Shown one piece after another: positions 17,987-28,008 of a stretch of 64,000 nucleotides of DNA. A program made the position numbers and the translations under genes. The DNA lies in NCBI GenBank assembly GCA_036787535.1, contig DAIQPD010000003.1:51505-115504 (forward strand). The letters are read 5' to 3'. Below the pieces are notes generated by a model. The model saw only the letters and a list, made by a program, of their open reading frames with translations, ran no database searches and was not told the DNA's origin. Each line of letters starts with the position of its first letter. Within the stretch, counting starts at the first letter, position 1. This stretch comes from Chryseolinea sp. Its GTDB lineage: Bacteria > Bacteroidota > Bacteroidia > Cytophagales > Cyclobacteriaceae.

Positions 17987-20900
17987 ATGAAAAGCCTCAA
18001 CACAAAACTGGGCGTTGTGGGCATTCTGCTATTTTGTTTTGCAACCTCAAACGCCCAAACTTTCACTGTTCAATCTGGTAGCTGGAGTTCACCTTCAACG
18101 TGGTCAGGCGGTGTCGCTCCTGATTCAACCGCAGGCGCAATTATCATCAACCATATTGTAACATTAGATTCAGATACTGTTTTGAAAGTTGATGAACTCA
18201 CTTTAAACGATACCTTAATTATTGAAGCGGGCTCGACCTTATTGCTGAGCAATGCCTTTACAATAGCACCCGATCTGCAAATTCTTAATGGTGGGCTCAA
18301 AGTATACGGTCGATTAGTTTGTCTTGACAGCGCAACCACTTCAGGAACAACAGCAGAAAATACTTTTTTCTATGATGGATCTACCTATGAGCATCGCTTC
18401 TTTAGCGTTGCGGGCACACCTCCTATTGCTACATGGAGTAGTAACTCCAATTTTGAAATAACAGCTTACAGAACCACCAAAACTTTGAATAATGTATTAT
18501 GGAGTCAACCCTTCGGAAATGTCATTTACAATTGCCCTGATCAAGCGACAAGTGCAAGTATCGAATTTGCTGGACGGTTACAAAACATCAAAGGCAATTT
18601 CTTAATTCAAGGCACCGGCTCAGGCTACATTAGACTTTCGCTTGATGTTAGTAATTCAACTACCATTACCATTGGAGGTGATCTAATTATTGAGGGGAGA
18701 TCTCGCGTGTGGTTTAGCCGGGGAGCAAATACCTCAGTTTTTATTGCAGGTAATTTTAAAAATTTCTCGACTGCTACCGCCAATTGTTATGTTACTACCA
18801 CAGGTAATTGCGACATTAACGTAGCGGGAAATTTCGAGATGAACTCCACTTCGCCTTTACGATTTGCATCAGCAACGGCTAGCGGTCGAGGATATCTACG
18901 GGTAAGCCAAGATTTTATATTCCAGGCGGGTAGCATTAATATAACCAACGGTGGAGATGGATTGGGAACAATAGAGCTTAATGGATTATCCTCTCAACTA
19001 TATACGAGTTTAGGGTCATGGACAACCGGTGTAAATCTCCTCATTAATAATTCCACTGGTGTTGAAGTTCAGGGAAATTCAAAAGTCGAAGGCAATGTTA
19101 CCGTTGTTTCTAACGGAAAATTAATATTACCTGAAACCAATTTCATTCTTCATGGAGATCTTGATCTTCAAAGTGGGGGTTCTGTTCACGCTGGTAATGG
19201 AACATTGTCATTAGCTGGATCAGTAAATCAAAACATAATTCTCTCTGGCGATACCTTGCATCATATCAACATCAACAAATCATCCGGAACATCCGTTACT
19301 TTCTCAAATTCTGCAAACCTGAGAGGAACATTAAATGTCGCTTCAACAAACACAACTGCATTTTCAAATGGAAATTTAACATTGGTTTCTTCCTCTGATG
19401 ATGGAAGCGCAGATGCCGCTATCAATACATTACCTACTGGCTCTTCCATTTCTGGCGATGTAAACGTACAACGATACATGAGTGGTGAAGGGAGAATTTA
19501 TAGGTACCTTTCCAGCCCTGTGAGCAATGCTACGATTGAAAGCCTGATGGATGATTTCCCAATTACCGGAACGTTTGATGATCCGAGTACAGGTGCAGGA
19601 ATAAATTCAGCAAGTCCTTCATTTTATTATTACGATGAAACACTTTTTGATCCTCTTGGCTGGATAGCATATCCTTCTCTTGGATTGGCTTCAGAAAATC
19701 CAATGGAAGCAGGACGAGGATATTCAGCATTTATTCGAGAAGGAACCAATGCAACGACCTGGGATGTAACCGGGACTATTAATCAAGGCGACATTGAATT
19801 ACCTGTTACCTACGTGAACACAAACACTCCGGCAAGTGATGGATGGAATCTGGTAGGCAATCCTTATCCAGCTTCGATTGATTGGGATGTTGTAAATGGA
19901 TGGGATAAAATAAATATTGATAATGGAATTGCCATACGGGATAATGGCATTGATAATTTTTTGTATTGGGATGGAGCTGTAGGAAGTCTGGGCAGCGGGC
20001 GCATTGCAAAAGGTCAATCCTTTTGGATTAAGACCAATAATGCAAATCCTCAACTAACTATAAAAGAAACAGCCAAGACAATGACCTCCACATCTTTCCA
20101 TAGGAAGAAATTTTCTGATCCCGATTATTTGGAAGTCAGCATTCAATCATCTAAACACAGTGATAAAACGTATTTGCGTCTTCGCGATCATTCCTTTACA
20201 GGATACGATTCATTGGATGTTCCAAAATTTGCGAATGACTTTATAAATCTTTCTTTCGAGGTAGATAATATTTCTTTAGCTATCTCTGCTGTGGATCATA
20301 TTGATTGCTCTCAATCTCATTCGATAAATCTATCCTTTGCGAAAAAGAGTGATGGCTCGTTCGTCAAATCTCCGGTAGGTAATTATGAACTCGCCATTAG
20401 CAGCTTTGGTTTGTTTGCAACTCATGACATTACACTTCATGACAATTTTACAAACCAGGATCTTAATGGTTCATTTGCTTATTCCTTTTCGATAACCGAA
20501 GATCCTGACTCTTATCAGGCGAATCGATTTACAATGCATTTTAAATCACGTCCATTAAACAACAGTACTTTTGTCTCTGCCGATTCTGTTTTATGCGATA
20601 ACGGTTCCGACTGTAAAATACAACTAAAAAACACTCAGCTGAATGTGCGATACAAAGTATTTACTAATCAAAATGAAATCGCATCCTACCTTCATCAGAA
20701 AAATGATAGTGCTGTCATTGATATAAGTATTGAGGATTTCAAAAATGGATTGAACACCATTAACGTAAAAGCAAACAACCCTTGTTCCTCAAAAGAAATA
20801 GGAACGTTTAAACTCTGGAAACAAAATACATCCAAACCTGATTTCATTGAAAAATCTGCGTGCAATACAGACACCGTATCCTTGCTTCTTAAAAATGTGA

Positions 20901-21511
20901 AAGATGCCATAGCCTTTAATTGGTATGACCACAACAATGATTTTCTGGCACAAACACAAGATTCAGCATTGATTGTATCCATTCAAAAACCAACAACATT
21001 TTTTGTCTCTTCTGTTTTCAATTTTGGTTGTATAAGTGAACGATCAAGTTTACGCGTTGATGTTTTAAATTTTGAACCAATAACCATAACGGAGAACAAT
21101 GGAATGCTTTATTCAAATTACCTTTCCGGAAATCAATGGAGCTTAAATAGTGAAGAACTTATCGGAGCAACTCAATCTGTTTTCACTCCCACAACATCAG
21201 GTAAATACTCTTTAACCATTTACCACAACACTTGTATCGATTCCGTATCCTATCAATTTACATATCAGGATGACGCTTATCATGTTTTTCCAAATCCTGT
21301 AGAAGATGATGTTCAAATCATTGCGCCCATTAGCGAAAAGATTTTGCAGATAGAAGTAATAAATGCAGCGGGTCAGTCTGTCGGAATTTTTTCACCCTCA
21401 ACTGATTCGAAGACACAAGTCATTTCGTTAGATAATCTTAATCCTGGAATTTATTTGTTAAAAGTGCTGACTTCAGAAACAGAATACAGATCGCGAATCC
21501 TGAAACAATAA
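17987..21511 (+). CDS. large secreted protein with T9SS C-terminal sorting domain
   Basis: 1174 aa with signal peptide. C-terminal VFPNPVEDDVQI...GIYLLKVLTSETEYRSRILKQ is typical of the Por/T9SS CTD. Confidence 0.85.
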   Translation: MKSLNTKLGVVGILLFCFATSNAQTFTVQSGSWSSPSTWSGGVAPDSTAGAIIINHIVTLDSDTVLKVDELTLNDTLIIEAGSTLLLSNAFTIAPDLQILNGGLKVYGRLVCLDSATTSGTTAENTFFYDGSTYEHRFFSVAGTPPIATWSSNSNFEITAYRTTKTLNNVLWSQPFGNVIYNCPDQATSASIEFAGRLQNIKGNFLIQGTGSGYIRLSLDVSNSTTITIGGDLIIEGRSRVWFSRGANTSVFIAGNFKNFSTATANCYVTTTGNCDINVAGNFEMNSTSPLRFASATASGRGYLRVSQDFIFQAGSINITNGGDGLGTIELNGLSSQLYTSLGSWTTGVNLLINNSTGVEVQGNSKVEGNVTVVSNGKLILPETNFILHGDLDLQSGGSVHAGNGTLSLAGSVNQNIILSGDTLHHININKSSGTSVTFSNSANLRGTLNVASTNTTAFSNGNLTLVSSSDDGSADAAINTLPTGSSISGDVNVQRYMSGEGRIYRYLSSPVSNATIESLMDDFPITGTFDDPSTGAGINSASPSFYYYDETLFDPLGWIAYPSLGLASENPMEAGRGYSAFIREGTNATTWDVTGTINQGDIELPVTYVNTNTPASDGWNLVGNPYPASIDWDVVNGWDKINIDNGIAIRDNGIDNFLYWDGAVGSLGSGRIAKGQSFWIKTNNANPQLTIKETAKTMTSTSFHRKKFSDPDYLEVSIQSSKHSDKTYLRLRDHSFTGYDSLDVPKFANDFINLSFEVDNISLAISAVDHIDCSQSHSINLSFAKKSDGSFVKSPVGNYELAISSFGLFATHDITLHDNFTNQDLNGSFAYSFSITEDPDSYQANRFTMHFKSRPLNNSTFVSADSVLCDNGSDCKIQLKNTQLNVRYKVFTNQNEIASYLHQKNDSAVIDISIEDFKNGLNTINVKANNPCSSKEIGTFKLWKQNTSKPDFIEKSACNTDTVSLLLKNVKDAIAFNWYDHNNDFLAQTQDSALIVSIQKPTTFFVSSVFNFGCISERSSLRVDVLNFEPITITENNGMLYSNYLSGNQWSLNSEELIGATQSVFTPTTSGKYSLTIYHNTCIDSVSYQFTYQDDAYHVFPNPVEDDVQIIAPISEKILQIEVINAAGQSVGIFSPSTDSKTQVISLDNLNPGIYLLKVLTSETEYRSRILKQ

Positions 21512-21513
21512 AA

Positions 21514-23952
21514 TCAAACACTCTCTGTTACAAACACACGTTTTACGCGCTCGCTCGTGCTGGTTAAAATTTCATACGGAATGGTCTGAATCTTTTTTGC
21601 CAATTCGCCAATAGGTAAGCCTTTACCAAATACAATTACTTCGTCACCTTCTCGCGCATCAATTCCGGTAATGTCAATCATTGTCATGTCCATGCATACA
21701 TTACCTATAACATGTGCACACTGACCATTAATCAAAACCTCCCCTCTGCCATTACTAAATGCGCGGCTAAAACCATCAGCATAACCAATAGCAATCGTGG
21801 CTAATGTCATTTCTTCTTCTGCTTGTCCTTTTCGACTATAGCCAATGCTTTCGCCTTTCGCTATTTTTTTTATTTGCGAAATAATTGTTTTCAGCGTTGC
21901 TACGGATTCGAGTTCATTAAAATTATAAGGCGTTGGGTCAACACCATAAAGTCCAATACCCAAACGCACCATGTCAAACTGCATTTCGGGAAGACGCAGA
22001 ATGCCAGAAGAATTTAGAATATGATAATCAGGTTTGTAACCGATCGCCTTGGAAATTCTATCACTCCATTGTAAAAATCGATTGGCTTGTTCACGCGAGA
22101 ATGCATCGTGATCTGACTCGTCAGCTCCAGCCAAATGACTGAAGATTGATGCAACCCGAATATTTGGATTGCTTTTAAGTTGTTCAATCAATACATCAAT
22201 ATCAGTCTCTTCAAAACCAAGTCGGTGCATCCCTGTATCTAACTTTAAATGAACAACACATTTTTTGCCTTGCAGGTAATGCAACATCGAATGTAAAATG
22301 TTTAAGCTATAAATTTCAGGCTCGAGGTTATGGGTAAGAAGTTGTTCAAAACTTTCTTCCGATGGATTCATTACCATTATAGGAAGCTTGATATTATTCT
22401 TTCTTAGCTCAATACCTTCATCAGCGTACGCAACACCCAGGTAATCTACCTTATGATACTGAAGCAAATTTCCGATTTCAATGCTTCCACTGCCATAAGC
22501 AAATGCTTTTACCATTACCATTAGTTTCGTAACGGGCTTCAACCGCGACTTGAAAAAGTTAAGGTTGTGAACTAATGCATCTAAGTCAATCTCCATCACC
22601 GTGCCGTGTACTTTGCGCTGAAGTTTGTGTATAATTTTTTCAAACTGAAATGACCGCGCACCCTTTACCAGAATCACTTCTTGTTGAAGTTCGTCCAGCG
22701 GAAATTGATCAAGAAAATCCTGAGTCGACAAATAGAATGATCCAAAAGCAAAAAGGTTTTTGTATCGATTAATGACAGGGCCAATTCCAACAAAGTGTGT
22801 TACATTGTTAGAGCTCACCAACTCAATAATTTTTTTTACTAGATCATTTTCATTAAGACCCGATTCTAATATATCGGATAGAATTAGACGCTTTATTTTC
22901 TTTTGCTGGTTCTCCAAGAATTGTAAGCTGATTTCCAATCCACCAAGATCATTGTTATACGTATCATCAATAAGCTGACATTGATTAATGCCCTCTTTCA
23001 GTTCGAGACGCATATTTACCGAGCGAAGATTTGCAATGCGTTTTTGTATTTGCTCAATTGAATACCCCAGTTTTAGCATGAGCGCCACACAATGAAAACA
23101 GTTTTCGATCGATGCCTTATCTGTAAAAGGCAGATTTAAAGAAGTTTGTTCTCCTGTATAGGTAATGGTGTAAGATGTTCCGTTTCGTTGAATGTAAACA
23201 TCATCTGTAGGAAGCTTACCCCATGAAAACGCAGGAGCAGATAATTTCTTAATTTCTTCTTCTACTGCTTTATAATCACTGCAGTACAGAATGAAATCAG
23301 TATTCCGAAAAAGTTTTAACTTCTCTTGAATCTTATGTTTTTGTGATTTGAATCCCTCATCGTGCGCTGAACCAATGTTGGTAAAGATTCCTATGGTTGG
23401 TTGAATTACCTTATTCAGATTCTCCATTTCTTTCTCTCGCGAAATGCCCGCTTCAAAAATTCCAAGCTGATGCTGTGGCTGAAGTTGCCACACGGCTAAA
23501 GGCACGCCTACTTGTGAGTTGTAGCTACCCGGACTTTTTGAAATTACCTTATCGAAAGACAGCAACTGATAAAGCCATTCCTTAATAATGGTTTTTCCAT
23601 TGCTCCCTGTTATGCCGATAACCGGAATGGAAAATTGCGAACGATGAAATGCCGCAATTTTTTGCAACGCTTTAATGGAAGACTTTACTTCCAGAATACT
23701 TGCGCCTTCCAGTGCCGGAATACTTTCTATTTTCTGTTCAACAACAAAAAGACGAATACCTTTTTTGTAGAGCTCATGAATATAGTGGTGTCCATCATGT
23801 CGATCACCTTTTATCGCAAAGAAAAGTGTGCCCTCATCTGCACTTACTTTTCTACTATCAATGGAGAGTGTTTTTACTATTCTGTTTTTAGAAACCAGAA
23901 TATTTCTTCCCCCGGTAATTTTCTCGAGCTGTTCAAAATGCATATCCATCAA
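21514..23952 (-). CDS. bifunctional UDP-MurNAc-tripeptide--D-Ala-D-Ala ligase (MurF) / alanine racemase (Alr)
   Basis: 812 aa. GITGSNGKT Mur-ligase P-loop in the N-terminal half, [12 protein letters not shown]-lysine motif in the C-terminal half. Confidence 0.9.
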   Translation of the reverse strand: MMDMHFEQLEKITGGRNILVSKNRIVKTLSIDSRKVSADEGTLFFAIKGDRHDGHHYIHELYKKGIRLFVVEQKIESIPALEGASILEVKSSIKALQKIAAFHRSQFSIPVIGITGSNGKTIIKEWLYQLLSFDKVISKSPGSYNSQVGVPLAVWQLQPQHQLGIFEAGISREKEMENLNKVIQPTIGIFTNIGSAHDEGFKSQKHKIQEKLKLFRNTDFILYCSDYKAVEEEIKKLSAPAFSWGKLPTDDVYIQRNGTSYTITYTGEQTSLNLPFTDKASIENCFHCVALMLKLGYSIEQIQKRIANLRSVNMRLELKEGINQCQLIDDTYNNDLGGLEISLQFLENQQKKIKRLILSDILESGLNENDLVKKIIELVSSNNVTHFVGIGPVINRYKNLFAFGSFYLSTQDFLDQFPLDELQQEVILVKGARSFQFEKIIHKLQRKVHGTVMEIDLDALVHNLNFFKSRLKPVTKLMVMVKAFAYGSGSIEIGNLLQYHKVDYLGVAYADEGIELRKNNIKLPIMVMNPSEESFEQLLTHNLEPEIYSLNILHSMLHYLQGKKCVVHLKLDTGMHRLGFEETDIDVLIEQLKSNPNIRVASIFSHLAGADESDHDAFSREQANRFLQWSDRISKAIGYKPDYHILNSSGILRLPEMQFDMVRLGIGLYGVDPTPYNFNELESVATLKTIISQIKKIAKGESIGYSRKGQAEEEMTLATIAIGYADGFSRAFSNGRGEVLINGQCAHVIGNVCMDMTMIDITGIDAREGDEVIVFGKGLPIGELAKKIQTIPYEILTSTSERVKRVFVTESV

Positions 23953-24281
23953 TAAAGGCGGGAGCCGTTCGGTACTTTTTTATCTACACTACACAAAACA
24001 ACATTTTCATTTTCATCCGGGAAACCGGTGACTAATACCTCAGAAATAAAATTGGCAATCTGCTTCGGTGCAAAATTAGTAACACAAATCACCTGTTTGC
24101 CAATCAATTCCTCCGGCTGATAATTTTGGGTTATTTGCGCACTCGTTTTTTTAACACCCAATTCACCCAAGTCGACCCAAAGCTTAATAGCAGGCTTTTT
24201 TGCTTCCGAAAACATTTCTGCTTTGATAACGGTGCCTGCCCTCAAATCCACTTTTAAAAAGGTGTCAAATGTTAATTCCAT
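23949..24281 (-). CDS. tRNA-binding domain protein (CsaA/EMAP-like)
   Basis: [15 protein letters not shown]...KLWVDLGE...SAQIT motif. The stop overlaps the MurF-Alr start by 4 nt. The start could also be at 24293. Confidence 0.8.
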   Translation of the reverse strand: MELTFDTFLKVDLRAGTVIKAEMFSEAKKPAIKLWVDLGELGVKKTSAQITQNYQPEELIGKQVICVTNFAPKQIANFISEVLVTGFPDENENVVLCSVDKKVPNGSRLY

Positions 24282-24450
24282 GTTAAAATGCATTTCAGAT
24301 TATGCGAATGAAGCATTAAAGCGTAAAATAGCGCACATCTAACGGATTTCAGTTATGGATTCTGTTAAAAAAACGGCAATGCTGGTTTAATTCTGTACTT
24401 TTCAGAAACTAATAGCGTTTGTTTGCCGTTCAGAAAGACTCAAGATTACT

Positions 24451-24822
24451 ATGAAGCCTAAACTTAGTCGAATCTTATTCTCCCTTCTCCTTTTAGGATT
24501 TTCGCTATTGTGCGGAGAACGACTTTACGCTCAAGAGTCAGCTAGCTCAACAGAGGGTTTCGAAAGCAGTTATGATCGGGAAAAAGAGCCCATCAATTCA
24601 CCAGGCGAAAGCATTGATCGACATCGGAAATTTCAACCCGCTTCTCCTGTAAAAGATTCTTCAACTGTAGTCCAAAAAACATCTGCCACTCGCGCTTCAA
24701 AGCCTTCCAGCGAAATCACAAGACCAGAAGTCAAGCCATCATCAGATGATGATTCCATTCTCTCTTTCAATTTTCTTTATTACATAATTCAGAAGTATAA
24801 ACTTCAGGATATCGTAGATTAA
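24451..24822 (+). CDS. hypothetical secreted Ser/Pro-rich protein
   Basis: 123 aa with signal peptide. Low-complexity middle and hydrophobic C-terminal FNFLYYIIQKYKL. Confidence 0.5.
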   Translation: MKPKLSRILFSLLLLGFSLLCGERLYAQESASSTEGFESSYDREKEPINSPGESIDRHRKFQPASPVKDSSTVVQKTSATRASKPSSEITRPEVKPSSDDDSILSFNFLYYIIQKYKLQDIVD

Positions 24823-24845
24823 TCCTATCCTATTCTAACAATTGC

Positions 24846-24870
24846 TATATTGCAACATTGTTGCAATATA
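24846..24870. promoter_or_regulatory. perfect 12-1-12 palindrome TATATTGCAACA-t-TGTTGCAATATA (candidate operator overlapping a -7-like box)
   Basis: Read directly from the sequence. The core TTGCAAC-N3-GTTGCA recurs at 27305-27320. Confidence 0.5.
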
Positions 24871-27261
24871 TTGAAATCACTATTACACCTCGTCTTCCTG
24901 CTTTTTGTAGCCATTTGTCATTCAATGGCTCAAGAATCGTGTTCATTTGCCCTTACCGGAAAAATTACGTCTGACAATGGTGAGCCATTACCCGGAGCGA
25001 CAATCACATTAATTGATTTAAGTACCGGATCAATTGCCAATGCTGAAGGCGACTTCGAAATCAAAAATTTATGCAAACGCAAGTACAAAATCGAAATAAA
25101 GTATTTGGGTTATGAGGATAGAGTGATCTCTTTAAAGATTGAAAAATCCACAATTGTTAATGTTGATTTAATTGAAAGCAAAGAAGTGCTGGAAGAAGTT
25201 GTGGTTGAAGATCGGTTTCAGCATGTTGAGCAAAACCAAACCTTTAGTTCGCTGTCTGGAAATACATTAGAAGAAACAAAAGGAATGTCGTTGGGCGAAT
25301 CATTGAAAGAGCTTCCTGGTGTTTCCAGCATTCAAACTGGTCCATCAATCTTTAAGCCTGTAATTCATGGTGTGCACAGTCAGCGAATATTAATTTTAAA
25401 CAATGGCATAAGACAGGAAGGACAACAATGGGGAGCTGAACATGCTCCTGAAATTGATCCTTTTATTGCTTCCAATATAGTTGTGATAAAAGATGCTGGC
25501 GCCATTAAATATGGAACAGATGCTATTGGTGGTGTGGTCATAGTCAATCCGCCTGATTTGCCAACTACAAATACCTTAGGTGGTGAATTAAATTTGATTG
25601 GTCAATCCAATGGAAGATCGGGCACGATTTCAGGAATGCTGGAGGGTGGATTAAAAAAAATGAAAGGCTTGGGGTGGCGGATTCAGGGAACTGGAAAAAA
25701 ATCGGGCGACTTTCATACACCCGATTACAATTTATCAAACACAGGCTACAATGAATTGAATTTTTCTCTCGCCACAGGATATCATACTGAAAACACTGGT
25801 GTAGAAATTTTTTACAGTCATTTTAAAACGGAGATTGGAATTCTTAGAGGCTCATCTGTTGAAAGTGTTGAGGATCTGGAAAATGCTTTAGAAAGAGAGC
25901 CTCCGGCATACACGGAGGATTTTACATATAACATGATTAACCCTCGCCAGGAAGTTGAACACGACTTATTAAAACTAAGTGCACACCGACAAATAGGTAA
26001 TAATGAATTCAGTATTCAATATGGCTTACAATTAAACAGAAGAAAAGAGTTTGATGTGCGCAAAGGAAATTTATATGATATACCGTCCATTGATTTACAA
26101 TTAGTAACTCACACCCTTGATGCGGAATGGGAGAAGAGCAAAGAAAAATGGGTTCGATGTATTGGTATCAATGGAATGATTCAGGACAACAACAATATTG
26201 ATGGCACATATCGAATCCCATTCATACCCAATTTTAACAGCACAACACTTGGTACTTATGTTATTCAAAAAATCAATTTGAAGAAATGGGTTTTAGATGG
26301 AGGTGTTCGCTATGATTATCGTTACTCAAAAGTTGTAGGGTATGATTACAAAAACGAACTCTACAGAAACACATTAAAATTTCACAATGCCAGTTTAACA
26401 TTTGGTGCCAGTAGAAAGCTGCACAAAAATGGCATGTATATCACTTCACTTTCCAGTGCTTGGCGTCCTCCTCATGTTGCAGAATTATATAGTTCTGGCA
26501 GACATCAAAGTGCTGGAGCGGTAGAATATGGTCTATTGTTAGATGACAATAATAACATCATCGATATCAATCAATCGAGTTTTAAAAATGAAAAAGCGTT
26601 GAAGTGGGTAAATACCTATCAATATTACTCCGACAAGCTACAACTGGATGTAACGGCCTTTTACAATTATATTTTCAATTACATCTATTTAAACCCAACA
26701 GGGGTAACTGTAACCTTCACGGGTCCTACACCCTATTTTCGTTATAAGCAAACCGATGCTTCATTTCTGGGAATGGATTTTTCGATGCAATACCAAATCT
26801 ATAAAAAAGTTAAACTGGGATCAAAAGTTTCTTTGCTAAGCGCTACAGATGAAACAAATAACCAATACCTGTATTTTATTCCTTCAAATCGATTCGAACT
26901 GAATGCCCGATTTGAACAACATCAGTTAAAGAAATGGAATTCATTTTATATTGAATCAAAAATAAAATACGTTGCAAAACAAAACAGAGCACCCGAAAAG
27001 AAAACAATTGACGAAATCATTTTAGCAGATCAGAATGGAGAGACCTTACCTCCCTTCGATTTCGCCTCTGCTCCCGAAGGCTATTTTCTTTGGAATATCA
27101 ACTCGGGCATTTCCTATCCATTAAAAAAATCGAAACTCGATTTTAAAGTAAGCATATCAAATTTGCTCAATACAAGCTACCGCGAATACACTAATCGAAT
27201 GCGATACTATGCTGACGATGTAGGTAGAAATATCTCCTTGGCAATAAAGTACAGTTTTTAA
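24871..27261 (+). CDS. TonB-dependent receptor with CarboxypepD_reg domain
   Basis: Signal-like KSLLHLVFLLFVAICHSMAQ, plug motif, C-terminal LAIKYSF. The start is uncertain: TTG at 24871 is preferred, TTG at 24850 lies inside the palindrome. Confidence 0.85.
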   Translation: MKSLLHLVFLLFVAICHSMAQESCSFALTGKITSDNGEPLPGATITLIDLSTGSIANAEGDFEIKNLCKRKYKIEIKYLGYEDRVISLKIEKSTIVNVDLIESKEVLEEVVVEDRFQHVEQNQTFSSLSGNTLEETKGMSLGESLKELPGVSSIQTGPSIFKPVIHGVHSQRILILNNGIRQEGQQWGAEHAPEIDPFIASNIVVIKDAGAIKYGTDAIGGVVIVNPPDLPTTNTLGGELNLIGQSNGRSGTISGMLEGGLKKMKGLGWRIQGTGKKSGDFHTPDYNLSNTGYNELNFSLATGYHTENTGVEIFYSHFKTEIGILRGSSVESVEDLENALEREPPAYTEDFTYNMINPRQEVEHDLLKLSAHRQIGNNEFSIQYGLQLNRRKEFDVRKGNLYDIPSIDLQLVTHTLDAEWEKSKEKWVRCIGINGMIQDNNNIDGTYRIPFIPNFNSTTLGTYVIQKINLKKWVLDGGVRYDYRYSKVVGYDYKNELYRNTLKFHNASLTFGASRKLHKNGMYITSLSSAWRPPHVAELYSSGRHQSAGAVEYGLLLDDNNNIIDINQSSFKNEKALKWVNTYQYYSDKLQLDVTAFYNYIFNYIYLNPTGVTVTFTGPTPYFRYKQTDASFLGMDFSMQYQIYKKVKLGSKVSLLSATDETNNQYLYFIPSNRFELNARFEQHQLKKWNSFYIESKIKYVAKQNRAPEKKTIDEIILADQNGETLPPFDFASAPEGYFLWNINSGISYPLKKSKLDFKVSISNLLNTSYREYTNRMRYYADDVGRNISLAIKYSF

Positions 27262-27299
27262 AAATCTATTTTATAAGAAGGGACTATCAAATAATGTTT

Positions 27300-27320
27300 T
27301 ATATTTGCAACTATGTTGCA
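27300..27320 (+). promoter_or_regulatory. -7 box TATATTTG overlapping TTGCAAC-tat-GTTGCA inverted repeat
   Basis: TAnnTTTG match at 27300-27307. Inverted repeat at 27305-27320, 15 nt before the ATG at 27335. Confidence 0.45.
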
Positions 27321-27334
27321 TTAACTAAAATCAT

Positions 27335-27955
27335 ATGAAAGACCTCGTATCAAAGAAACTAAAATCACTCAGTCAAGTATTCGTAATTGTTTTCCTCGCT
27401 GGGCTAGCTGGATGCAATAACGATGACCCGGCAAAACAAGATGTTCCTGAATTCATTTCCAGCGTGAAACTTATTTTCACGCCAACTGGTGGTGGAACCT
27501 CAGTAACTGCTACTGCCACCGACCCGGATGGAATTGGGCCGGGTAATATTACTGTGGATAATGCCATTGCCTTAGCAAAGGAAGTAAACTACACGCTAAC
27601 TTTTGAAATCTTAAACAACTTGGCTGATCCAGGCGATCCGGAATATAATATTGGTGATGAAATAGAAGAAGAGGGAGACGAACATCAATTCTTTTTCTCT
27701 TGGACGGATGGTGTTTTTTCAGATCCAACAGGTAGTGGAAATATCGATAACCGAAGTGATGATCTTAACTATAGTGATGAAGATGTAAATGAATTACCTA
27801 TTGGTCTTTCAACTCTGTGGACTACCACGGATTTAGCTGCTTCAGGAACTTTTAAAGTACTGCTAAAACATCAACCCGATATTAAATCATCTACTTCAAC
27901 ATCAACCGATGGTGAAACAGATATTGATTTGACTTTTGATATTACGGTAGAATAA
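27335..27955 (+). CDS. acidic lipoprotein of unknown function downstream of the TonB receptor
   Basis: 206 aa. Lipobox LAGLAGC, Asp/Glu-rich, HQFFFSW and LLKHQP motifs. Confidence 0.7.
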   Translation: MKDLVSKKLKSLSQVFVIVFLAGLAGCNNDDPAKQDVPEFISSVKLIFTPTGGGTSVTATATDPDGIGPGNITVDNAIALAKEVNYTLTFEILNNLADPGDPEYNIGDEIEEEGDEHQFFFSWTDGVFSDPTGSGNIDNRSDDLNYSDEDVNELPIGLSTLWTTTDLAASGTFKVLLKHQPDIKSSTSTSTDGETDIDLTFDITVE

Positions 27956-27976
27956 ACTTTTCAAATTACCTATCAC

Positions 27977-28008
27977 AAAAAAGCCCCGATAAACTCGGGG
28001 CTTTTTTT
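27977..28008. terminator. bidirectional rho-independent terminator
   Basis: AAGCCCCGA-taaac-TCGGGGCTT, 9-bp stem with an A-run before and a T-run after. Lies between convergent genes. Confidence 0.8.

Noticed and set aside
10539-27261. Polysaccharide utilisation locus (SusC/SusD) interpretation of the TonB receptors
   Set aside because: None of the three receptors has a SusD-like lipoprotein, glycoside hydrolase or hybrid two-component/ECF regulator next to it. The partner lipoproteins are too small or unlike SusD.
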